Part shown: piece by piece, positions 10,046-19,303 of the stretch
Layout: each line of letters starts with the position of its first letter
How positions within the stretch are numbered: position 1 is the first letter of the stretch
Origin: Terrimicrobiaceae bacterium
Lineage (GTDB): Bacteria; Verrucomicrobiota; Verrucomicrobiia; Chthoniobacterales; Terrimicrobiaceae
Reading direction: 5' to 3'
Assembly: GCA_041752695.1 (NCBI GenBank)
Contig: JBGSVZ010000031.1
Location: 64,001 to 128,000 of the forward strand
Length of the DNA: 64,000 nt
Program-made: the position numbers and the translations under genes
Notes under the pieces: generated by a model
The model's database searches: none
Seen by the model: the letters and a program-made list of their open reading frames with translations, nothing else
What the model was told of the DNA's origin: nothing

Positions 10046-10684
10046 CTACCTGCGGGTCAGGGTCAGCCGGGGGAGTTCGCTCGCAAAAATCTCGGCGAGC
10101 AGGGTGGCGGTTTCGCGGACGCGCACCGGTTTGCCGATCTCCTGTTCGAGGCAGGTCATTTCGACGCCGGCGATGCCACAGGGCGTGATGTGGGAGAACG
10201 CTGCGAGCGAGGTGCTCTCCACATTCAGGGCGAGCCCGTGCATGGCGACCCACCGGCGCACTCCGACCCCGAGGGATGCGAGTTTTTTTTCCCCAACCCA
10301 GACTCCCGTAAGTCCCTCCCGGCGCGCGGCGGTGACATCGTGGCGCTGGCAGGTCAGGATGATCACCTCCTCCAGAAATCGCATATAAGCGTGCAGGTCG
10401 CGTCCGCGGTTTTGCAGATCCAAAATGGGATAAACCACGAGCTGTCCCGGACCATGCCAGGTGGCCTGACCGCCCCGGTTGGTTTCCACGACGGGATGGG
10501 GGAGGGTGTCCGGTTCGCGGAGGCTGGATTGGTCGCGGGTGCGGCCGATGGTATAGACCGGTTCGTGTTCCAGGAGAAGGATGCGCTCCGTGCCCGTTCC
10601 CGCGAGGTATTCCGCGACGAGGCGATTTTGTTTTTCCAGCCCTGCTTCGTAAGAAATGCGGCCCAGCCATTCGGTTTCGATCAT
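10046..10684 (-). CDS. lipB: Octanoyltransferase
   Basis: LLEHEPVYTIG, RGGQATWHGPGQLV, KLASLG, HGLALNV, PCGI. Confidence 0.96.
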   Translation of the reverse strand: MIETEWLGRISYEAGLEKQNRLVAEYLAGTGTERILLLEHEPVYTIGRTRDQSSLREPDTLPHPVVETNRGGQATWHGPGQLVVYPILDLQNRGRDLHAYMRFLEEVIILTCQRHDVTAARREGLTGVWVGEKKLASLGVGVRRWVAMHGLALNVESTSLAAFSHITPCGIAGVEMTCLEQEIGKPVRVRETATLLAEIFASELPRLTLTRR

Positions 10685-10687
10685 CGG

Positions 10688-11200
10688 CTAGATGGGCTCG
10701 AGAGGGACACGCTTGAGCCTGGCGGCGTCGGCGGATTGAAAATGGGTGAGGCCAATGGCGATGGCGTCGGCGGCGTCGGCGGGTGGGGTTTCCGTGAGTC
10801 CGAGCAGCGCGCGAACCATGAAAGCCACCTGGGTTTTATCGGCCGCGCCCCGGCCCACCACAGCCTGTTTGACCCGGCGGGGCGCGTATTCATAGACAGG
10901 AAGACCGGATTCGGCGGCGGCGAGAATGGCGGCGCCCCGCGCCGCTCCGAGGGTGATGGCCGTCTGGTAACTTTGCACAAAAATCACTCCTTCCACCGCC
11001 ATGCTCTGCGGTTCGTATTTTTGAATGAGAGAACGGAGATGATCACGAACGGCCAATAGGCACGACGAGGGACGCAGGGCGGGTTTGTTTCGGATGGCGC
11101 CGTATTCGCGGCAAATCACCTTGCCACCCTGCCGCGACAACACGGCGTATCCGGTGCTGCGGAGAGAGGGATCGACGGCGACAAGTGTTTCAAGCGACAT
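10688..11200 (-). CDS. ruvC: Holliday junction resolvase
   Basis: VAVDPSLRSTGY, MAVEG, EYAPRRVKQAVVGRG, DAADAIAIG. Start at ATG 11200. Confidence 0.95.
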   Translation of the reverse strand: MSLETLVAVDPSLRSTGYAVLSRQGGKVICREYGAIRNKPALRPSSCLLAVRDHLRSLIQKYEPQSMAVEGVIFVQSYQTAITLGAARGAAILAAAESGLPVYEYAPRRVKQAVVGRGAADKTQVAFMVRALLGLTETPPADAADAIAIGLTHFQSADAARLKRVPLEPI

Positions 11201-12122
11201 GCAACTCCCCCACCTTGGCCAAAACTTCCCCGACTTCCAAACGCGAAAGATCGCCTTCGGGCGCACGGAGGACTGTGGTCTGCGGGTTCGCCGGCGCCCA
11301 AACATCGGGATCGGTCGGCCCGAAAAGCAGCAAACACCGGGCTCCCGAAGCGGCGGCGAGGTGGGAGATCCCGCTGTCGTGCCCAATAAAAAGATCACAC
11401 AGGGAAAGGACCGCGCCGAGTTCGGGCAGGGGCAGGCTTTCCAGAAATGATGTTCTTTCACCGGCTATGTCACGAAAGGCCGCCAGTGGTGTCGAATCAC
11501 TTTCGCCTCCGACGATGAGGAAATGCGCGGTCGGATATTGCGTCTGTAAGGCCTGGAAAAGCTCCGCCCAAGATTCCAGGGGCCAGTTCTTCCGCTCTCC
11601 GCCGCTGCCCGGATGCAGAGCCAGCCGGGGCCCGGATTGGTTGCCAACATGGCGTTGGGCGGCTTCCTGATCCTCCGGGGACGGAAAAAACGCCGCCGCC
11701 GGATCCTCCAGCCAGAGAGCCAGTTGCTCCAGGGGACGGGCTAGTTGTTTCGCGGCGTGGGTGTCGTCGTGGAGCTTCGGCGATCCCATGATGAGGTTTT
11801 TTACCCCGGCCTTGCGCAGACAGGTTTCGAACAGCCCGTCCGGGTCGTAGATGTAGCTGATCACCTGTTGAAACCCGGCGAAATAGGCGCTCAGCTCGCG
11901 GTCCAGGTCCGCTTTTGGATTAAAAAACCCCGCCAGGGGCCCGTATTCAATGGAACGGGTGGCGTCCGCGTAAAACCGGCCTTCCGCCAAGGCCGTTATG
12001 TGGCGATACCCCAGAATCTCCAGATGGCAGTCGGGAAAATTCTCCCGGACGAGACGGATAGCCGGAAGAGTCAGAATAAAATCCCCGATGGCACCCCCGC
12101 GGATGATCAGGATGCGGGACAT
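11190..12122 (-). CDS. Glycosyltransferase family 9 (heptosyltransferase-like)
   Basis: ILIIRGGAIGD, LHPGSG..KNWP, GHDSGISHLAAA, LFGPTDP. Confidence 0.92.
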   Translation of the reverse strand: MSRILIIRGGAIGDFILTLPAIRLVRENFPDCHLEILGYRHITALAEGRFYADATRSIEYGPLAGFFNPKADLDRELSAYFAGFQQVISYIYDPDGLFETCLRKAGVKNLIMGSPKLHDDTHAAKQLARPLEQLALWLEDPAAAFFPSPEDQEAAQRHVGNQSGPRLALHPGSGGERKNWPLESWAELFQALQTQYPTAHFLIVGGESDSTPLAAFRDIAGERTSFLESLPLPELGAVLSLCDLFIGHDSGISHLAAASGARCLLLFGPTDPDVWAPANPQTTVLRAPEGDLSRLEVGEVLAKVGELHVA

Positions 12123-12123
12123 G

Positions 12124-12229
12124 GGGAGATGGAAGATGGAAGATGTTTGATGTGCGATGTCGAAAGTTTCCCGCGCTGCGCGCGACATTCTTTTAAATCT
12201 TACATCTCAAATCAAACATCAAACATCCC
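12124..12229. repeat. Composite palindromic element: 7-bp tandem arms around a GC-rich core (copy 1)
   Basis: GGAAGAT GGAAGAT GTTTGAT GTGCGAT ... core CCCGCGCTGCGCGCG (12170-12184) ... TACATCT CAAATCA AACATCA AACATCC. Confidence 0.85.
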
Positions 12230-12417
12230 TAGTATCCCCCTTGAGCGGAAGACATCTGGGAGCCGAGGACGCCTGGGCCTTCCCACTTTTCCGGACGGTT
12301 CCAGGGAACGGTGCCGCCCGCTTCGTGCGTGGTGCGAGCCTCTTCGGTATTCTCCGCGCAGGAGCCAAGGAAAGTCACGCAGAGCGCGCCGATGGAAAGG
12401 AAAACCAGTCGGCGCAT
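12229..12417 (-). CDS. Small lipoprotein (62 aa)
   Basis: MRRLVFLSIGALCVTFLGSC lipobox; VPWNRPEKWEG motif. Confidence 0.7.
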   Translation of the reverse strand: MRRLVFLSIGALCVTFLGSCAENTEEARTTHEAGGTVPWNRPEKWEGPGVLGSQMSSAQGGY

Positions 12418-12424
12418 GAGAGGA

Positions 12425-13210
12425 TTATTCCTCGTTACCTTGGAAGATAACATTGTCGCCGGGAGTGATCGTCGTGCCCTGTGGCATGCTGTTGGCGACG
12501 ATGTCGGCGATCGAGGTCGAAGGTTCGACCGAAGTGACACGGACCTTGCCGAGGTACCGGGTGCCGCGTTTGACGAGGAGCTCAGCGTTGTTGACGACGC
12601 CCTGCTTATCACCGAGGTTCAAGACCACAAAATTCCAAGCGGGATTCACCGCGAGCACGCGGCCTTCCGTGCCTTTTTTCATCGTCTTTTCGAGACGCAT
12701 CTTTTTCTCGTCATCCGCCTGCTTCACCGCAACCTTGGTGGAATCGAGCTGGGATTGGAGGCTTTGGATGAGCGTTTCCTGTTCCTGCAACTTAGCGAGA
12801 GTTTCGGCATCAGGTCCGGCGGCCGGTGCTGTCCCCGGAGTTGCACTGGCGTCGGCAACTTGCTTCTTCAAAGTCTCATTTTCCGCCTGAGCCTGGGCCA
12901 GAGCGGATTCTGCGGTGGTCGCCTTTGTGGTGGCTTCCGAGAGGGATGCCGTGGCCTTATCGAGATCAGATTTGGCTTGGGAAGCTTGAGCGACAGCCTG
13001 CTCCTTTTCCGCAACGGCAGTGGTCAGTTCGTCCGATTTGGTTTTGAGAGATTTTTCCGCAACGGAGGCTTTTTGCTCGGCGGCTTGCTTGCCGGATTCG
13101 GCAGTGGCGAGACTTTCTTTCGTCTCTCCCAGCTTACCTTTGTTGACAAATCCCAGACCTGCGGTGGCAAGGCTGATGGCGACTGAAGCGAAAACAAGAA
13201 TTTTTCCCAT
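12425..13210 (-). CDS. Membrane-anchored coiled-coil protein with C-terminal beta domain
   Basis: N-terminal TM, long Ala/Glu/Lys coiled coil, C-terminal EGRVLAVNPAWNFVVLNLG...GKVRVTSV. Confidence 0.75.
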   Translation of the reverse strand: MGKILVFASVAISLATAGLGFVNKGKLGETKESLATAESGKQAAEQKASVAEKSLKTKSDELTTAVAEKEQAVAQASQAKSDLDKATASLSEATTKATTAESALAQAQAENETLKKQVADASATPGTAPAAGPDAETLAKLQEQETLIQSLQSQLDSTKVAVKQADDEKKMRLEKTMKKGTEGRVLAVNPAWNFVVLNLGDKQGVVNNAELLVKRGTRYLGKVRVTSVEPSTSIADIVANSMPQGTTITPGDNVIFQGNEE

Positions 13211-13330
13211 ATCTGGAGGCGGTGGTTAATGCAGCGAGGAAGTTGTTAACAAACGTCAGGCGGTTCCGCAAGGGGCAAAATGAGAATTATTTCCGTTTGC
13301 CAGCCCCGTCGGGACGTATAGTTTCCTCCT

Positions 13331-13422
13331 TGCCAGGGACTATGGACTGCGAACGGGAGAACCCCGCCAGGGCAGGAATGCAGCAACGGTATCTTGCTTT
13401 GCTTTGCCGTAGCTCTCTGGCA
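13331..13422 (+). ncRNA. ffs: Signal recognition particle 4.5S RNA
   Basis: Domain IV core CCGCCAGGGCAGGAAUGCAGCAACGG with GGAA tetraloop, closing stem UGCCAGGGA / UCUCUGGCA, T7 run after, TATAGT -10 at 13317-13322. Confidence 0.9.
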
Positions 13423-13445
13423 CTTTTTTTGCCCTGACGGGCAAA

Positions 13446-13545
13446 ATATGTAGGATGTTCGATGTCAGATGTTTGATTTGGAAAAACGCCGCGCGGAGCG
13501 CGGGTAGCTGGAAATCGCACATCGCACTTCTTACATCATACATCC
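13446..13545. repeat. Composite palindromic 7-bp-arm element (copy 2, inverted relative to copy 1)
   Basis: AGGATGT TCGATGT CAGATGT TTGATTT ... core CGCGCGGAGCGCGGG (13490-13504) ... ACATCGC ACTTCTT ACATCAT ACATCCG. Confidence 0.85.
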
Positions 13546-13602
13546 GCGGCGGCTCCGCCCGCCGCCTTGACTCTCCGGCTTGGGGATTTACTCTCGTGGC
13601 CG

Positions 13603-14085
13603 ATGGAAGCCAATGTATTGGAACGTGTGCGGGACAGCCTGCAGGAATTTCTCTCCGGGAGGGGACTGCGGCGGACCGTTCAGCGTGAGGCCATCATTGA
13701 AGCGGCCTTTGGCACCAACGAACATTTTTCCGCGGAAGAGCTTCTTCTCATGGCCCGGAAAATCGAGCGCTCGGTCTCGCGGGCAACGGTTTATCGAACC
13801 CTGCCTCTGCTCGTGGAAAGCGGCCTGCTGCGGGAATTGGATCTCGGATCGGATACCAAGGTGTATGACCCGAACTTCGTCGAACACCCCACGCACAACC
13901 ATCTGATTTGCGTGGACTGCAACAAGATCATCGAATTTGAGGATATTAACATGGAACTGCTGGAAAATTGCATCACCCGCCGCCTCGGGTTTTCCCCCGC
14001 GAGCAAGGCGGTGACGATCGAAGGTCACTGCGACGAGTTGAAGGCCAAGGGGACGTGTGACCGCAAAAAATTGACGAAGGAATAA
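13603..14085 (+). CDS. fur: Fur-family transcriptional regulator
   Basis: TVQRE, HFSAEEL, VSRATVYRTL, HNHLICVDCNKIIEF, GHC. Confidence 0.9.
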   Translation: MEANVLERVRDSLQEFLSGRGLRRTVQREAIIEAAFGTNEHFSAEELLLMARKIERSVSRATVYRTLPLLVESGLLRELDLGSDTKVYDPNFVEHPTHNHLICVDCNKIIEFEDINMELLENCITRRLGFSPASKAVTIEGHCDELKAKGTCDRKKLTKE

Positions 14086-14130
14086 CGATGACGCCCGAAT
14101 TCCTCAGTCTCTCCCTTCGTCCTTTTTAAC

Positions 14131-15498
14131 ATGTGGAAGGGCCGATTTAAGCAGGCGCAATCCGACCTGCTCAAAAGCTACAGCGAATCCGTCTCCTTCG
14201 ACTGGCGGATGTACCGTCAGGATATTCGCGGCAGCATCGCTCATGCCCGCGCGCTGAAATTGGCGGGGATTCTCACGGCCGTGGAGTTTTCCAAGATCCA
14301 GCGTGGGCTAACCGCGATTGAGAAAGAAATCACGGCCGGCGAATTCGTCTGGGATCCCGATTTGGAGGATGTTCACATGAACATCGAGGCGGAATTGACC
14401 CGCCGCATCGGAGCTCCTGGCGCCCGGCTGCACACGGCACGGAGCCGGAACGATCAGGTGGCACTCGATTTGCGGCTGTATTTGCGGGATGAAATTGACG
14501 CCCTTGGTGGTCTGGTGCGCGGCTTTCAGAAGGCGCTTACCGGGCTTGCCGCGCGGCATCAGGACGCGGTGATGCCGGGCTACACGCACCTGCAACGGGC
14601 GCAGCCGGTTTTTGTCGCCCACCACCTGCTCGCCTATGTGGAAATGGCCGATCGCGATTATGGCCGGTTGATGGACTGCCGGAAGCGGTTCGACGAATGT
14701 CCGCTGGGATCGGGGGCCATTGCGGGGTCCACCATCGTTCTGGACCGCGTCGCCATTGCGAAGGAACTCGGGTTTTCCCGGGTGACCCAAAATAGCATGG
14801 ACGCTGTGTCGGACCGGGATTTTGCCATCGAATTGCTTTCCGCTCTGGCCGTGCTCGGCATGCACCTTTCGCGGCTGAGCGAGGACATTATCTTGTGGGC
14901 CTCGGCGGAGTTCGGGTTCATCGAGTTGAGCGACCGGCACACCACCGGGTCGAGCCTGATGCCGCAGAAAAAAAACCCCGACATCGCCGAACTCACCCGC
15001 GGGAAAACCGGCCGCCTCTACGGCAACCTCACCACGCTGCTCACGCTGATGAAGGGTCTGCCGCTGACCTACAATCGCGACATGCAGGAGGACAAGGAGG
15101 CGATTTTCGATTCGGTGGACACTGCCAAGGCCGCGCTGGCTATTTTTGCGGAAATGATGGACGCCGCGGCGTTCCGGGAAAGTGTGACCGCCAAGGCCAC
15201 AACCGATCCCAATCTTCTCGCCACCGACCTCGCCGACCGGTTGGTGCTAGGCGGAGTGCCGTTTCGTCAGGCCCATGAAATCGTGGGTAAACTGGTCGCC
15301 CTGGCGGCAAAACGAGGCGTTCCCTTGCACCGACTCGAGCCGGAGGAATACCGCGATGCCTCGCCAGTTTTGCAGCCGGCGGTGATCACGGCCACCTTCA
15401 ATGTGGCGACCGGCCTTGCGGCGCGTCAGGCTCCGGGGGCCCCCTCGGCGAAAAACGTGGCCCGACGCCTCGCCTACTGGAAAAAGCGCCTGGCATGA
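14131..15498 (+). CDS. argH: Argininosuccinate lyase
   Basis: MWKGRF, HTARSRNDQV, MPGYTHLQRAQP, TGSSLMPQKKNPD, YNRDMQEDKE. Confidence 0.98.
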   Translation: MWKGRFKQAQSDLLKSYSESVSFDWRMYRQDIRGSIAHARALKLAGILTAVEFSKIQRGLTAIEKEITAGEFVWDPDLEDVHMNIEAELTRRIGAPGARLHTARSRNDQVALDLRLYLRDEIDALGGLVRGFQKALTGLAARHQDAVMPGYTHLQRAQPVFVAHHLLAYVEMADRDYGRLMDCRKRFDECPLGSGAIAGSTIVLDRVAIAKELGFSRVTQNSMDAVSDRDFAIELLSALAVLGMHLSRLSEDIILWASAEFGFIELSDRHTTGSSLMPQKKNPDIAELTRGKTGRLYGNLTTLLTLMKGLPLTYNRDMQEDKEAIFDSVDTAKAALAIFAEMMDAAAFRESVTAKATTDPNLLATDLADRLVLGGVPFRQAHEIVGKLVALAAKRGVPLHRLEPEEYRDASPVLQPAVITATFNVATGLAARQAPGAPSAKNVARRLAYWKKRLA

Positions 15499-15560
15499 GC
15501 GAACAGGAACCGCCGGGCTGGCGGGTGCTCGGCCGCGAAATGCTTTGCTCGAAAACGTAG
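15495..15560 (+). pseudogene. Truncated 5' end of a gene coupled to argH (possibly NUDIX hydrolase); likely attL
   Basis: ATGA overlap with argH stop; MSEQEPPGWRVLGREMLCSKT* ends 70 bp before the integrase. NUDIX assignment is inference. Confidence 0.5.
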
Positions 15561-15592
15561 GTTTTACCTGGGCAATTGACATTTTACCCCTC

Positions 15593-15614
15593 TGGGTGTC
15601 AAATGGGTGTCAGA
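15593..15614 (+). repeat. Tandem direct repeat, probable integrase arm-type binding sites
   Basis: TGGGTGTCAAA TGGGTGTCAGA just upstream of the integrase ATG. Confidence 0.65.
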
Positions 15615-15629
15615 AATCGAGGCTAAAAC

Positions 15630-16922
15630 ATGAAATCCGGGCTGAAAAGTGATAATGAACGTGGTCCAGTGGAGGTGGTGGAAAGCCGGGGGGTCAGGAT
15701 CCCGATCTATCTCAATCCCCGCCGTGGCAAGGACAGTTATCTGGTCACCTATTTCGCCAAAGGCGCGCGAAAAAGAGAGCGGGTTTCCAATCTCACCGAC
15801 GCTCGGAAAAGGGCGAAAGCCCTGGTCCCCGAACTTCTGGACGGCAAGGTGCATGTGGCTTCATTTTCGCTCAAGCAGACGACGGCCATCATGGATGCCG
15901 TGGAAATCATCCGGCCCTACAACGTCAGTATCACCGAGGCGGCGCGGCAGTTCGCCGAGGCTCGCCGAATTTTGGGCGACGATTCGCTGCTTCAGGCCGC
16001 CGAGTTTTTCGCGAAACATCGGGCACAGGAACAACGTCGTGGCGCTCTCCAATCAGCCGCCTTTCCCGACTTGGTGACAAAATACCTGGAGGCCATCGAG
16101 GGGAAGAAATCCAAGCGCTACGTGGAGGATATGACCTCGCGCCTGAAACGCGCCGCCAAGGCGTTTCGCGGCCAGATCCGGGATATCCGGGCTGAAGACA
16201 TCGACACATGGATCTGCGGTATGGACGACACCGGCAATCGGACCCGGAACAATTACCGGATGGCCATGGTAACGCTATTTTCCTACGCCCGGGACAAAAA
16301 CTACCTTCCACGGGGAGAACAGACCGAGGCGGAGTTTGTCACTCGGTATGACGACAAGCGGGCTGGTGTCATTGGCATCTACACTCCGAACGAGTTCGCG
16401 GCGTTGCTGAAATATGTCGATCAGCGGTTCCTGCCCTTCGTGGCACTCGGCGGCCTTGCTGGCCTGCGGAGCATCGAGATTCTGCGCCTGGAATGGAAAG
16501 ACGTCTGGTTCGCCAAAGGCTACATCGAGGTGGGGAAGGACAAATCCAAGACCGCCACAAGGCGATTGGCACCGATTTGCCCCGCCCTGCAGGAATGGCT
16601 CAAACCGTTCGCCAAGGAGGAGGGGCCGGTCCTGCCGGGGATTCGTGACGAAATCCATTTCGGAAAGCTTTTCCGCGCCTCCAAGCACGCTTTGAATGAC
16701 GCAAAGGGGAAACCTCGTGTAAAAGTCGTCCACAACGGGCTGCGGCACTCGTTCTGCTCCTATCGGATGGCGGAAACGAAAAGTGCGGCCCAAGTCGCTC
16801 TCGAAGCCGGAAACAGCCCCAAGATGTTGTTCGAGCACTACCGCGAACTGGTCACCGCGGAGGAAGCCTCTGAGTGGTTTTCGCTCACGCCAGCCGCGGT
16901 GGGTCGCGTTCTCTCGCCTTGA
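15630..16922 (+). CDS. Tyrosine recombinase / integrase
   Basis: AGLRSIEILRL, KSKT, NGLRHSFCSY, AGNS..MLFEHY. Catalytic R-K-R-Y present; Asn at both usual His positions. Confidence 0.93.
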   Translation: MKSGLKSDNERGPVEVVESRGVRIPIYLNPRRGKDSYLVTYFAKGARKRERVSNLTDARKRAKALVPELLDGKVHVASFSLKQTTAIMDAVEIIRPYNVSITEAARQFAEARRILGDDSLLQAAEFFAKHRAQEQRRGALQSAAFPDLVTKYLEAIEGKKSKRYVEDMTSRLKRAAKAFRGQIRDIRAEDIDTWICGMDDTGNRTRNNYRMAMVTLFSYARDKNYLPRGEQTEAEFVTRYDDKRAGVIGIYTPNEFAALLKYVDQRFLPFVALGGLAGLRSIEILRLEWKDVWFAKGYIEVGKDKSKTATRRLAPICPALQEWLKPFAKEEGPVLPGIRDEIHFGKLFRASKHALNDAKGKPRVKVVHNGLRHSFCSYRMAETKSAAQVALEAGNSPKMLFEHYRELVTAEEASEWFSLTPAAVGRVLSP

Positions 16923-16963
16923 GACGTTCGAACGTTCTCTCTAGGCGGCCTGCTTTAAGGAAA

Positions 16964-16981
16964 ATATAATTGTCATTATAT
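16964..16981. promoter_or_regulatory. Inverted-repeat operator overlapping a TATAAT -10 box of hipBA
   Basis: ATATAAT-TGTC-ATTATAT perfect 7-bp arms; second IR AGAAAT-ATG-ATTTCT at 17002-17016 spans the start codon. Confidence 0.65.
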
Positions 16982-17007
16982 GCCGGAAAATGGTAGGAAG
17001 GAGAAAT

Positions 17008-17313
17008 ATGATTTCTGTTCTTGGAGAAACAGAGGCGATGAAAAAGCTCGGTTCTCGTCTCCGAGGGGAGCGACTGCGCCGTAATCTGACGCAAGATTAT
17101 CTTGCTGAGATGGTCGGCGTCACCCTGCCGACGTATCGGAAGATCGAGAAAGGTGACGGAACGGTGGAATTCCGGCACGTGGCCCGTGCCCTCGGAGTCT
17201 TGGGATACAGCGACGCCCTCGGGGAAATCATCGCAGAGTCCCAGCCTGAAGTCCGGCTCAAGGACCTCCTGGCGGCCGAACGAAAACACGCTTCGCCCCG
17301 CCAAAATCGATAA
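17008..17313 (+). CDS. XRE-family antitoxin (HipB-like)
   Basis: LRGERLRRNLTQDYLAEMVGVTLPTYRKIEKG HTH; SD AGGAAGGAG before ATG 17008; abuts hipA. Confidence 0.85.
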   Translation: MISVLGETEAMKKLGSRLRGERLRRNLTQDYLAEMVGVTLPTYRKIEKGDGTVEFRHVARALGVLGYSDALGEIIAESQPEVRLKDLLAAERKHASPRQNR

Positions 17314-18528
17314 ATGGAAAAGAAGCTTCGGGTCTGCTGGTGGGACGGTTCGACCGTGGGACACCTCGTCCACCGCGGGACGATCTATTTTGTGTATGGT
17401 CCGGAGTGGCTGCGCCGGGGCCTCGATCTTTCCCCGATCAGTCTTCCCTTCACTGATGTGGCGTTCAACGGAGCCAAGGGGATCAGCGGCTTGCCGGGGT
17501 TGATTGCCGACTGCCTGCCGGACGCCTGGGGTCAGAAGGTGGCGCGAACCGTTTTTGCGAAAAACAAATGGGGGGAACCCAGCACCATGACCTTGTTGGC
17601 CTGGCGTGGAGTCCGGGGATTGGGCGCCCTCAACTTTCAACCCGTCCTTGAAACCGGGGAAACGAAGCTGGAGGTCATCAGCGCGGCGGCTCTGGCGCGT
17701 GGAGCCGCCGAAATCGCACGTGGCGAACCATCTGAGGTTCTTCCCCAACTGGCTCGTGGCGGCACGGCCGGTGGCGTCTGCCCCAAGGCCCTCGTTCTGG
17801 CCTATGACGACGGCACGTTAAGGGTGGGGGAACCGGACGGTGTCGGGCAACCTTGCCTGCTTAAATTTGACCCCTCGGAAACCGGCGAGAATGCCCGCAG
17901 CGAACACGCCTATGCGCAGATGGCTCGCGCTGCAGGGATTCGCATGACGGAAAGCCGTCTCATCGCAGAATCACCGGATTCGACCCGGCGTCATTTGCTC
18001 CTAGCCCGATTCGATGTTCCGTCAACGGTCCAGCCCGGCAAGCGAATCCATTTTCACTCCGCCAGCGGCCTGCTGCACAAAGAGCCCGATGCGTTGGATT
18101 ATCGGGACCTGTTCCGAACGGCCATTCGCCTGCACGTTCCGCGGGAGGAGCTTTGCGAACTGGCCAGACGCATGGTCTTCAATGTCCTGACCTCCAATCA
18201 CGACGATCACGGAAAAAATCATGCATTTCTCCTCAATGAAGAGAGCGGCCAATGGACTTTGACCCCGGCCTATGATCTCACTTACAGCAGCGGGCTCATT
18301 CAGAGGGGAACGCAGGTTGCAGGCGAAGTCTGGCCGAAATTGGCCACCATGGAACTGCTTTGCCGTGATGCCAGTGTCAGTAAGGACGAGTTTGCTTCGG
18401 TCATCGAAAATGTGCAGTCATCGGTGAGTCGATGGCGGTTTTGGGCCGATGAAAGCGGGTTGCCTGCGGCCAAAACCGAGGAGATTCAGGGCCGACTCGA
18501 CCGGATTCGAGGAGAGGTCTTAGGCTGA
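17314..18528 (+). CDS. hipA: HipA-family Ser/Thr kinase toxin
   Basis: DCLPDAWG, GTAGGVCPK loop, EHAY, RFD, NHDDHGKNHAFL, PAYDLT. Confidence 0.92.
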   Translation: MEKKLRVCWWDGSTVGHLVHRGTIYFVYGPEWLRRGLDLSPISLPFTDVAFNGAKGISGLPGLIADCLPDAWGQKVARTVFAKNKWGEPSTMTLLAWRGVRGLGALNFQPVLETGETKLEVISAAALARGAAEIARGEPSEVLPQLARGGTAGGVCPKALVLAYDDGTLRVGEPDGVGQPCLLKFDPSETGENARSEHAYAQMARAAGIRMTESRLIAESPDSTRRHLLLARFDVPSTVQPGKRIHFHSASGLLHKEPDALDYRDLFRTAIRLHVPREELCELARRMVFNVLTSNHDDHGKNHAFLLNEESGQWTLTPAYDLTYSSGLIQRGTQVAGEVWPKLATMELLCRDASVSKDEFASVIENVQSSVSRWRFWADESGLPAAKTEEIQGRLDRIRGEVLG

Positions 18529-18557
18529 GAAAAGTCGGTCGATAATCGTGACGGACC

Positions 18558-18776
18558 TCACCTCAGAATTTCGTCGAGGGTGGCTTTGGTGGACTGGCGG
18601 AGGGCCTCGAGGAGTTCGTGTTTCCGGAAGAGACGGTGGCGGCCGAGTTTATACGAAGGCAGCAGTCCTCGGGAGACGTACTGACGCAGAGAGGAAAACG
18701 GCACCCCCAGCCATTCTGCGGCTTCCCGAATGGCGATGAATTCGGCGTTTTCTGGATTCTTCGGTTTTGGTGGCAT
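18558..18776 (-). CDS. Excisionase-like HTH protein
   Basis: IAIREAAEWLGV..SSLRQYVSRGLLPSYKLGRHRLFRKHEL. Confidence 0.85.
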   Translation of the reverse strand: MPPKPKNPENAEFIAIREAAEWLGVPFSSLRQYVSRGLLPSYKLGRHRLFRKHELLEALRQSTKATLDEILR

Positions 18777-18820
18777 GCTTTGAAAGACATTGGGAAGTTT
18801 GGGGATCCGGCAGAGAAGGC

Positions 18821-18850
18821 CCGTGCGCTGGGGATTTCCCCAGCACACGG
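18821..18850 (-). terminator. Hairpin at the end of the transfer operon
   Basis: CCGTGCGCTGGGGA-TT-TCCCCAGCACACGG. Confidence 0.5.
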
Positions 18851-18859
18851 ACCAAGGTT

Positions 18860-19219
18860 TCAGCCGAGTTTGATGCCGCTGTTGCGGATGTGGTTCTTGG
18901 CTCCGATGACGAGGGCGGATTCCTGCCGCTCGGGGCTCATGTTCGGGCTGATGGTGCTCTTGATGCTCTGCACCAGGTCTTCTTGTTCCGGCTTGGCCAG
19001 CCAGGCTTTCACCTTGGCGGTGTAGCCTTCCTTCTGGTCTTGGTCCTTCATCTTGCGCAGGAGGAACTTGCGCTCCAACTGCTCACGGGGCAGGTCCTTG
19101 ACGTATTGCACCAAGTCGGGTTCGGCCTTCATGAAGGTCTCCAGCTTGGCGTTGACTTCGGGGTTGATTTTGAACTGGCTGGTCTGTTCGGATTTTTTCT
19201 TAGGTGATGCGATTGCCAT
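18860..19219 (-). CDS. Hypothetical ICE-associated protein
   Basis: 119-aa ORF with high GC3 coding bias, co-oriented with the transfer genes. Confidence 0.7.
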   Translation of the reverse strand: MAIASPKKKSEQTSQFKINPEVNAKLETFMKAEPDLVQYVKDLPREQLERKFLLRKMKDQDQKEGYTAKVKAWLAKPEQEDLVQSIKSTISPNMSPERQESALVIGAKNHIRNSGIKLG

Positions 19220-19303
19220 GGGTTATTGCGGTTTTGGCGCACGGCGTTTCGGTCCCTGTGGACCCCGTAGCCGGGCTGGTTGACGGGTTCGTGTGGAAGG
19301 GCG

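Noticed and set aside
15499..15630. tRNA at the integration site
   Set aside because: No cloverleaf or T-loop motif here or noticed elsewhere in the window.
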